NCBI GenBank assembly: GCA_051888935.1
Contig: JBJFCL010000019.1
Coordinates: 1 to 55,731 of the forward strand
Source: Candidatus Caccovivens sp.
Lineage (GTDB): Bacteria > Bacillota > Clostridia > Christensenellales > UBA1242
Direction: 5' to 3'
DNA length: 55,731 bases
Within the stretch, counting starts at the first letter, position 1; every line of letters begins with the position of its first letter. Below are positions 19,756 through 26,752 of the stretch, one piece after another. The notes under the pieces were generated by a model, which was given only the letters and a program-made list of their open reading frames with translations, was not told the DNA's origin and did not search any database. The translations under genes were made by a program, and so were the position numbers.

Positions 19756-19890
19756 TTAATTCCTCCTTAATCCTCTTATATAATTATATATTTTGTAAAG
19801 AATACAAGTCAAACATTTTGACTTAGAGTTTTTGTAATAGCGATGAAATAAAAAAATTACTAAATAAAAGTTTAGCAATTTTTTTTAATT

Positions 19891-20574
19891 TTATTTTGTA
19901 TTTTCTTTCTCTATTTTGTCCAATTTTTCTGCTTTTGCTTTAAGCAATTCATATTCTTCTTTGGAAATTGTCACAGTTTCGCTATGTTGTATATTTTTAT
20001 TGTCGTTTTTGCCAACTTTTGCCAAAATTTTTAGCGTTACAATCAAAACAACAGCAACAATCGCAAAAGAAACAAAGATTTTTGTTCCCATGCCATTGCC
20101 TTTTGGAATGGTGTCAAAAATAACCAGCGTTGCCACAAAATCCAAGATTGCCAGCAAAATGTAGGTTATAATCTGAAAAACATAGTATCTTTTTCCGAGT
20201 TCCAATGCGATTGAAACCAAAAGATTAAACAGCACAGAAAGTAGTGCAAAACTAATTAAAAAGTGGACATAAATGTCATTGTCTATTGAAAAAGTTGTTT
20301 GAAGTAAAGTGAGAAGAACTGCAACGCTAATAAGAGCCAAAGAAATCCAACCAAGGATTTTGTTTTTTGACAACATATTTATGCTGTTAATTGCGAAGAA
20401 ACACCCAAGAGCAATCGCAAGAATGGAAATAATCAATGGCAAGAACCAACTTCCAAACTGAACACCAAAAATAGCAATAATTCCAAAAATGGCAGCCACA
20501 GAAAGAAACGCCAATGAAACAATCATCAAAATAAATTTTGCAAGTTTTAGTCCTTTCAATTCTCTAATTTTCAT
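19891..20574 (-). CDS. polytopic membrane protein with C-terminal coiled-coil tail, function unknown
   Basis: 227 aa, at least 5 hydrophobic helices, AAGAGG RBS. It overlaps the upstream gene by 11 nt. Confidence 0.65.
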   Translation of the reverse strand: MKIRELKGLKLAKFILMIVSLAFLSVAAIFGIIAIFGVQFGSWFLPLIISILAIALGCFFAINSINMLSKNKILGWISLALISVAVLLTLLQTTFSIDNDIYVHFLISFALLSVLFNLLVSIALELGKRYYVFQIITYILLAILDFVATLVIFDTIPKGNGMGTKIFVSFAIVAVVLIVTLKILAKVGKNDNKNIQHSETVTISKEEYELLKAKAEKLDKIEKENTK

Positions 20575-21199
20575 AATGACCTCTTTTTGTAATGACTAAA
20601 TTGGATAATATCCCTACTAATAATCCTTCGATAAACGCACTGCCATGATTAACTGTAAATAATGTTACAAAAGGACTAAATTCAAGTTTTATCGTAAAAC
20701 TCATTAACAAGAATATAAGAAAAATAGTAATGATTGTAAAAATATTTTGATATTTGGTTAAAAAACATTCTTTAAAATTAAATAATATCTCGATAAAGAA
20801 AAGCCCAAATAGGAAAAAGTTTACCAAACTTTCTCCTCCATTATAAAAGTTAAAGCCCATAATAGCAAAATCAGCCAGCGGACTCAAAGGAATTGTGATT
20901 AAAATAATTAAAGCATATTTAATACTGCCATATCTTCTTTCCAAAAATAAAGATACTACCAAAAAACTTGCAAGATTTCCAATTAAGTGTACCCAACCCC
21001 CAACATGCCTAAAAGGCCGCAAGATAATATTCCATTTAATATTTGTTTTCAAAATTTCATCTATTGCAGGGCGACACCATAAAAATGTTGCCACTAAAAC
21101 CAACATAAACACAATTGTAGTTACATAACAAAAATTAGTGTTTTTCCAAGTTAATGTTTTTCTTTTTTCATTAATTATATTTTTATAAAACTTTCCCAT
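20564..21199 (-). CDS. rhomboid family intramembrane serine protease
   Basis: FRHVGGWVHLIGNL (HxxxxxHxxxN), GGES (GxS) and NHGSAFIEGLLVG. Start is uncertain: ATG 21199 lies 8 nt after TGTTATAAT, while the track start is TTG 21250. Confidence 0.7.
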   Translation of the reverse strand: MGKFYKNIINEKRKTLTWKNTNFCYVTTIVFMLVLVATFLWCRPAIDEILKTNIKWNIILRPFRHVGGWVHLIGNLASFLVVSLFLERRYGSIKYALIILITIPLSPLADFAIMGFNFYNGGESLVNFFLFGLFFIEILFNFKECFLTKYQNIFTIITIFLIFLLMSFTIKLEFSPFVTLFTVNHGSAFIEGLLVGILSNLVITKRGHYEN

Positions 21200-21500
21200 A
21201 ACAAAACTATTATAACATACTATTCCAAAATTTTTATAAAAAAAATGCAAATTTTAAATCAAGTACGAAAAATTTAACATATTAAAATAAAAAAACTTGT
21301 CTCGGCGAGTCTTTTTTGATATAATAACGGACATATCTTCAAAAATACATAAGTTTTGTCGTAGTGTTCGTATAAAAATCGTTTCGGTTGACCTTGACAA
21401 AATATTAGATTGAGAAGAATTTTTGACCCATGACGACAAGAAGTGAACTTACTCGCAAGAGTATGACGCGCAGTGGTCGAATAAACGCGTGGCGTTTCTG

Positions 21501-21554
21501 TTTGCAATTGCAAACAGCCGTTGGGGAAATAAAAAAAACGCCAAAAGGCGTTTT
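21501..21554 (+). repeat. direct repeat copy 1 (palindrome plus terminator hairpin)
   Basis: TTTGCAATTGCAAACAGCCGTTGGGGAAATAAAAAAAACGCCAAAAGGCGTTTT. It is embedded in the perfect 20-bp palindrome CTGTTTGCAATTGCAAACAG (21498-21517). Confidence 0.8.
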
Positions 21555-21601
21555 TTGGTGAACCGATATCAACCTAAATCGAAACATATAAAATAGTAAA
21601 A

Positions 21602-21844
21602 TTACATATATTCTAAATCTTCTCTTTTAAATACATCATTATCTAAAAATTCAATTGGTGTCATTTGAAAACCATCGGCAACTTGATAAATTATTGCGAG
21701 TGTAGGACATTTTGTGTTGCCTTTCATAATGTTGACAATAGTCGACCTTGCAATGCAACTATCTTTTAAAAATTTATGCAATGATATATTCCTTTTCTTT
21801 AACAATTCGTTAAGTCTTATTGTAAATGCTTCGCCTAATGTCAT
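21602..21844 (-). CDS. XRE family HTH transcriptional regulator (repressor-like)
   Basis: 80 aa. LNELLKKRNISLHKFLKDSCIARSTIVNIMKG is an HTH_3-type motif. AAAGGGGA RBS. Confidence 0.85.
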   Translation of the reverse strand: MTLGEAFTIRLNELLKKRNISLHKFLKDSCIARSTIVNIMKGNTKCPTLAIIYQVADGFQMTPIEFLDNDVFKREDLEYM

Positions 21845-21867
21845 AATATTCCCCTTTTACTAATATG

Positions 21868-21989
21868 TCCTAATTTGAATAGTATCATTCTATCAATGGG
21901 AACATTTAAAATTGCGACCTAATTCGGTTAAACATCCTAATTTGGTTGCTATTTTTTTGTCAATGCTGTATAATTGTCCTAATTAGGAC
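21868..21989. promoter_or_regulatory. divergent promoter/operator region with four CCTAATT sites
   Basis: TCCTAATT at 21868, ACCTAATT at 21917, TCCTAATT at 21935, and the perfect palindrome GTCCTAATTAGGAC at 21976-21989. The palindrome lies just downstream of TTGCTA-17-TATAAT (21946-21974). Confidence 0.55.
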
Positions 21990-21995
21990 GATATT

Positions 21996-22568
21996 ATGTG
22001 TAAGGTTTGTTCATTTTTTGGTCATAGAAAAATAGAGATGACAGAAGAACTGAAACAAAAAGTAAGGGTAGTGGTTGAAGGTTTAATTTTAAATCACAGT
22101 GTTTCCACTTTTTTGTTTGGCAGCCGAAGTGATTTTGATTATCTATGCCATTTGGTTGTAACGGAATTAAAAGAAAAATATCCAAAAATAAAAAGAATTG
22201 CGTATACTTGTGGAAGTGAAAGTTGCACATTAGAAAGTGAAAGATTAGAATTGGAAAAATTGTATTCAAAATTCTTTAAACAAGAAGTTAGTTTGCTCGG
22301 GGTGGAAGAAGAAAGGGAATACAAAACAAAATATACATCTGGCAGAGCAAGTTATGTGGAAAGAAATCAAGCAATGATAGATGATAGCGATTATTGTGTT
22401 TTTTATTATGATGAAAATTATAAACCTGAAATGCGAAAATACTCAAAAAGATGTGCTTGCTATTATCAGCCTAAAAGTGGTACAGCGCTTGCCTATGCTT
22501 ATGCCAAACAAAAACGAAAAATTATGATAAATATAAACTTTGCAAAGCAAACAGCCGTCGGGCAATAA
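21996..22568 (+). CDS. SLOG/DUF1273 (YpsA-like) family protein
   Basis: N-terminal CSFFGHRK motif, then a GS..DFD..C..VV.ELK..YP.I Rossmann-like pattern. Confidence 0.65.
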   Translation: MCKVCSFFGHRKIEMTEELKQKVRVVVEGLILNHSVSTFLFGSRSDFDYLCHLVVTELKEKYPKIKRIAYTCGSESCTLESERLELEKLYSKFFKQEVSLLGVEEEREYKTKYTSGRASYVERNQAMIDDSDYCVFYYDENYKPEMRKYSKRCACYYQPKSGTALAYAYAKQKRKIMININFAKQTAVGQ

Positions 22569-22589
22569 AAAAACGCCAAAAGGCGTTTT
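22539..22589 (+). repeat. direct repeat copy 2 (covers the SLOG gene 3' end plus its terminator)
   Basis: TTTGCAAAGCAAACAGCCGTCGGGCAATAAAAAAACGCCAAAAGGCGTTTT. It matches 21501-21554 apart from a few substitutions or indels. Confidence 0.8.
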
Positions 22590-22602
22590 ATTCAATGTAT
22601 CT

Positions 22603-23148
22603 TTATTCCTTTAGTTTACTAATTGTAATTTTTTCTCCATTTAGTTCAAGAGTAAATTTATCTTTATCTTTCAAGTTTAATTTTTCCCTTATATATTTTG
22701 GAATTTGTATAAGCCCATTTGAAAACATTGTTGTAGTTTTAGAATGTAAACTTTCTCTTGTAATATTTGGAATAAGTCCTTCATCTATCGACCTATAAAT
22801 TGTTGTCCTTGAAGGGCATTCAATTCCTTCTTTTTTACATTTTTCTTTTATTTGTATAATAGTCATATGTTCTTGTAAGATTAAGTTAGAAATTAGTTCC
22901 GCTAAATCTTTATTAATAATGAATTTTGGACTATTCCCTTTATTCTTATTTGTCTTCAACGATTTTTGAATTGAATATTCTGCATTATATTTTCCATTTA
23001 ACCAACCTCTTTTCAATTCTTTATATATTGTGCTATATTCAATTCCAACATTTGCTGCAATATTTTTTTTATCATAACCTTGTTCCAGTAATTGCTGAAT
23101 CTGTCTTTTTTGAAATTCTGTTATATTTTTTCTTCCAGTTTTTTTCAT
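22603..23148 (-). CDS. IS30-transposase-type double HTH fused to an AbrB/SpoVT (swapped-hairpin)-like C-terminal domain; no DDE domain
   Basis: The N-terminus is ITEFQKRQIQQLLEQGYDKKNIAANVGIEYSTIYKELKRG, then MTIIQIKEKCKKEGIECPSRTTIYRSI (IS30-like HTH pair). The C-terminus is LIQIPKYIREKLNLKDKDKFTLELNGEKITI. AGGAG RBS. Confidence 0.7.
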   Translation of the reverse strand: MKKTGRKNITEFQKRQIQQLLEQGYDKKNIAANVGIEYSTIYKELKRGWLNGKYNAEYSIQKSLKTNKNKGNSPKFIINKDLAELISNLILQEHMTIIQIKEKCKKEGIECPSRTTIYRSIDEGLIPNITRESLHSKTTTMFSNGLIQIPKYIREKLNLKDKDKFTLELNGEKITISKLKE

Positions 23149-23237
23149 AAATTACTCCTAAGTGAACTTTACCAATATATATTTATAAACTTTATAAAAA
23201 TTAAATTGAACATAGAATTTCTAAGTTTATATTTAAT

Positions 23238-25034
23238 TTATAAAGAATAAAAGTAATCTTTAACTTTATTAGCCATTAAGACTCGTCTTTGTGATAAAAA
23301 TTCTTCAAAGTTGTCGTAAGTCATATTCATAACACTTTCAGGAATTGCATTTTCTTTTAAGTTTTTAACCAAATCTTCTTTATTATCTATACATCCAAAT
23401 ACAGAATTTCCACCATTAACTTGTTGTTCAAGTTTATTAAAATATTCAATTGGTGGTAAATTACTAATTTGTATATTTATTTCTTGTTGCAAGTATACAT
23501 AATTTGCAATTTGATTATATTGTTGCATAGTATTTATTCCACTTTTAATTAGATAATCTTTTGGGAAAATGTGGTGTACATCTCCTCGCTGTTCAACTAA
23601 ATCTCTAACGGTCATACTCTTAGATAAAAATGCTCTATTTGATAATTTAATTTGACTAACAACAAACATTCGCCAATAAGGGCTGCTTGTAACAGAAGTG
23701 TTGAACTTATCCACCAATATTTTGTTCCAATATGCTTCAGATAATTCTGCTTCTTCTTGCATTTTAATATAAGAAGGTATATTTTCACAATTTGCTAATC
23801 TTTTAACATCATAGTCAAATCTTGATTCTGGAGAGCCAGAATATCTTTCTGTTAGAATGCTGTATACAACCCATCTTCTTACAGAATTTTCAATGATACT
23901 GGCATCATATCCTTTTTCTTTCATAAGCAAATACAAAATATATCCAAAATTTAGTACATTTTGTGACCTTATTAAATCTTCATTTATTATACCCGAAGAT
24001 TTTACAATCATTATGTATCTTTTATAATTTGTTTCATTTACAAAATCTTTAACTCCTGAATACAACTCGCTAAAACTTTTTTCAATTATTTCTTCTTTAA
24101 ACTCTCTTGTCTCAAAATCTCTACCAGACAAAAGGCTTACAAGGTCTTGCAATTTTCCTCTCTTAAATTTATAAGTAAAAGCAACTCTCAAAATGTCTAC
24201 ATATGATGGTTTATATAAATTATCAGTATATTTACTCGCCCAAGCAATTTTGCTAAACACCTCTTTGCTTGCAAATTCTTTATCATAATTTTTTATAGAA
24301 TCAAAATCTTGTGGAGTTTCAAGAAAATGAGAAAAATAATCAATGACTTTTCTTATATCATTCCCTTCGTATTCTTCATTTACACTTATTTTAGACAATG
24401 CAAAATCTGCTTGTGAAAGAGGAACGCCTTTTGAGTTTATTCTTACAAATATTTCAGTAACTGTATCAATATCTATTTTTGAAGATAATTCAATTCTACC
24501 AATTCCTAAGTTTAGAATTTCATTTAACTTATTTAATCTTTGATTTACTTCATTAGGAGTAATATTTGCAATCTTTGCATAATCAGTACAAAATTGAAAT
24601 GTATCTAAAACTTTATCATTCATTAAAGTTGCAATATCGCTTATCCATTCGTTACTCTTTTCGTGAGCAGGGGTAGAAACTGCAAATATCTCATTTTTAA
24701 TATTAAAAGCTATTTTTATTCTTTTTTTCTTATATTGAGAATTTAACACTTCATTCCCGCGAATTGCTGCTGATAATGCAGTTACTCTCTGTTGTCCATC
24801 AATAAGTATTTGTTTTCCCTCTGAAATTGTTCCATCTTTTAATTTTACATTTGGATTTTTCCAAGTAATTATATAGCCAACAGGATAACCTTTATATAAA
24901 GAATCAATTAAATCTCTAACTTTTGTTGCATCCCAAACAAAAGGTCTTTGAATTTCTGGGATAGCAATAACACCATCATCAACATAACTAAGTAAAGTGT
25001 TAATTTTAACACTATTAACTTCAAAACTTGCCAT
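23238..25034 (-). CDS. DUF262/DUF1524 protein (GmrSD-like type IV restriction / ParB-like NTPase plus His-Me nuclease)
   Basis: IPEIQRPFVWD and LIDGQQRVTAL (DUF262 motifs). C-terminal GDVHHIFPKDYL ... IANYVYLQQEINIQISN is HNH-like DUF1524. AAGGAG RBS. Confidence 0.88.
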   Translation of the reverse strand: MASFEVNSVKINTLLSYVDDGVIAIPEIQRPFVWDATKVRDLIDSLYKGYPVGYIITWKNPNVKLKDGTISEGKQILIDGQQRVTALSAAIRGNEVLNSQYKKKRIKIAFNIKNEIFAVSTPAHEKSNEWISDIATLMNDKVLDTFQFCTDYAKIANITPNEVNQRLNKLNEILNLGIGRIELSSKIDIDTVTEIFVRINSKGVPLSQADFALSKISVNEEYEGNDIRKVIDYFSHFLETPQDFDSIKNYDKEFASKEVFSKIAWASKYTDNLYKPSYVDILRVAFTYKFKRGKLQDLVSLLSGRDFETREFKEEIIEKSFSELYSGVKDFVNETNYKRYIMIVKSSGIINEDLIRSQNVLNFGYILYLLMKEKGYDASIIENSVRRWVVYSILTERYSGSPESRFDYDVKRLANCENIPSYIKMQEEAELSEAYWNKILVDKFNTSVTSSPYWRMFVVSQIKLSNRAFLSKSMTVRDLVEQRGDVHHIFPKDYLIKSGINTMQQYNQIANYVYLQQEINIQISNLPPIEYFNKLEQQVNGGNSVFGCIDNKEDLVKNLKENAIPESVMNMTYDNFEEFLSQRRVLMANKVKDYFYSL

Positions 25035-25136
25035 AAGAGACTCCTTATTTAAAAACTAATTATAATATAACATAAAATTAAGAATTTGTATAAATATATT
25101 TTAAAAAATTAAAATAATTTTTTAATTTGGCATTTA

Positions 25137-25232
25137 GGCGTGTGCTTGGTTATACAAGTGGTGAGCTATCACCCCAAAAGTGCTATGCACTTTCGGGGAA
25201 CCCCGATATGCTCCACCAACCAAGCACACGCC
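25137..25232 (-). ncRNA. 96-nt G+C-rich rod-like hairpin (candidate structured RNA or replication-origin hairpin)
   Basis: A 15-bp outer stem, GGCGTGTGCTTGGTT/AACCAAGCACACGCC, encloses GGTGAGC/GCTC(C)ACC and a 12-bp inner stem. The single non-Watson-Crick position of the inner stem is A.C on the plus strand but G.U on the minus strand. Confidence 0.4.
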
Positions 25233-25306
25233 CTATCTTTAACTTTAATTAAAATGAAAATAAACTTAAGTATACAAATATTAACAAAAAATTAAATAAT
25301 GCTCTT

Positions 25307-25370
25307 TGCAAAACGAAAAGTGGGCTAAAAAGTGGACACGGCTAAAGCAATCGTGCTCCACTTTTTTCTT
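25307..25370. other. second nested hairpin carrying AAAGTG repeats
   Basis: AAAGTGGGC (25307-25315) pairs with GCCCACTTT (25362-25370). Inside it, AAAAAGTGGACACG pairs with CGTGCTCCACTTTTT. Confidence 0.4.
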
Positions 25371-25769
25371 CGCCCACTTTCTTTTTTTTGCACTATCCAT
25401 AATTTTCGTATAAAAATTTTCTTATTGACCTTTCATAAACAATAAAAAGTTTTGCTTTTGTTTTTGTTTTATTTGAGAATTACTTTTGATTTCGTTTGAG
25501 TTGAGTTTGTTGTATTCGATTGAAACGCTTGCTAACATAAAGAAGAATGTTATCAAACAATGTTGGAAAAGTGATTGCTGTGGGGCAAGCGATATCATTC
25601 TTTCACATTATTGTTTGTGATACATTTACAACAGCAATAAGAAAGACAACGCAAAAATGACAAGCCGAGATTTTCGCATAGAAACAGTGGTTGCATTTTA
25701 ATGGCGTAGGAAATTAAAAAGTTTCTCTATGCCTTTTTAATTGCAAAAAACTAAAAGGAGGCAACCACT

Positions 25770-25898
25770 ATGAAAATCGTTTTTACAAACGAATTCAATC
25801 CAAATGTTTTAGATTCTTCATTCTTCCAAACATTATTTAATCGCCTTGTAATATTGCAAGAACAAAAGGAAAGCGAAGATGCACTACCCAAAAGTTAA
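25770..25898 (+). CDS. 42-aa ORF upstream of and overlapping rep (below the ORF-track cutoff)
   Basis: ATG 25770 lies 8 nt after AAAGGAGG. Sequence: MKIVFTNEFNPNVLDSSFFQTLFNRLVILQEQKESEDALPKS. The stop at 25896-25898 overlaps the rep ATG (25879) out of frame. Confidence 0.35.
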   Translation: MKIVFTNEFNPNVLDSSFFQTLFNRLVILQEQKESEDALPKS

Positions 25899-26748
25899 AG
25901 TGTATTTTGATGGTGGTCATTACATTGGTATCCCACAAACACCACAAATTTGGAAGAAAAGAAAGAATAAAAAGAAACCTACAAATGACACAATGAAAGT
26001 AAGATTTGATGAACTTTATAAAGAAAATAGGGCTTTGAAGAATAAAGAGAAACAAGAAATAATTGTAAACAAATTAACAGCAGAATTTGAAAGCGAGGAA
26101 AAAGCAAGAGAGTTTGTAAAAAAGAATTTTGAAAGAAAACGAAGAAACGATATTGAACGCAGAAAAAGATTGTATAGAAAAGTTTATTTGCAAGAATGGA
26201 ATTATTTTTGCACATTTACTTATGATGATAAAAAACTAAATGAAACTGAATTTAGAGAAAAACTGACTAATTGTTTAAGACATTTGGCAAATCGCAATGG
26301 GTGGAAATATGTTGGTGTTTGGGAAAGAAGTCCATTGAACAACAGATTACATTTTCATTCTTTGGTGTATGCACCACAAATGGTTGGAATATTTGAAACG
26401 AAAACAGATTACAGCACAGAGAAACATAAAATGCAGACAACAAATCAAAACACATTTTTCTTGCAACGATTTGGCAGAAACGATTTTAAGATTATCAACG
26501 ATTTTGAATTAAATCAAGCAGTTAAATATTTGACAAAGTATATGGAAAAGAGTGGAGAGAAAATTGTCTATTCAAAGGGTTTGAAAACATATTTTGTAAG
26601 CGAAATTATAGAAAGCGATATTGTTTGCACAATTGGAAATGAGAATAGAAAGTTGTTATTGTTTGACGATTTTTATTGCATTGTAGATGATGAATGTATA
26701 GGCAAAGTTTGCCTAGAAGTTATACAAAAGATGCCAAAGTCGAATTGA
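25879..26748 (+). CDS. HUH-superfamily rolling-circle replication initiator / relaxase-like protein
   Basis: Three ordered motifs: FCTFTYD (motif I), RLHFHSLVY (HUH) and AVKYLTKYMEK (YxxxY catalytic tyrosines). Confidence 0.8.
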   Translation: MHYPKVKVYFDGGHYIGIPQTPQIWKKRKNKKKPTNDTMKVRFDELYKENRALKNKEKQEIIVNKLTAEFESEEKAREFVKKNFERKRRNDIERRKRLYRKVYLQEWNYFCTFTYDDKKLNETEFREKLTNCLRHLANRNGWKYVGVWERSPLNNRLHFHSLVYAPQMVGIFETKTDYSTEKHKMQTTNQNTFFLQRFGRNDFKIINDFELNQAVKYLTKYMEKSGEKIVYSKGLKTYFVSEIIESDIVCTIGNENRKLLLFDDFYCIVDDECIGKVCLEVIQKMPKSN

Positions 26749-26752
26749 TTTT

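Noticed and set aside
21430-21531. A 33-codon ORF (MTTRSELTRKSMTRSGRINAWRFCLQLQTAVGEI) ending in direct-repeat copy 1, possibly a small gene or sRNA with a terminator.
   Set aside because: It has no convincing RBS or promoter. It is most simply a remnant of a gene 3' end duplicated with the repeat, and it is mentioned under the direct-repeat finding.
25879-26748. A Microviridae-like prophage, suggested by the phiX174-type YxxxY Rep motif.
   Set aside because: No major capsid, scaffold or pilot protein genes are present. The context (serine recombinase, defence cargo) fits an integrative mobilisable element better.
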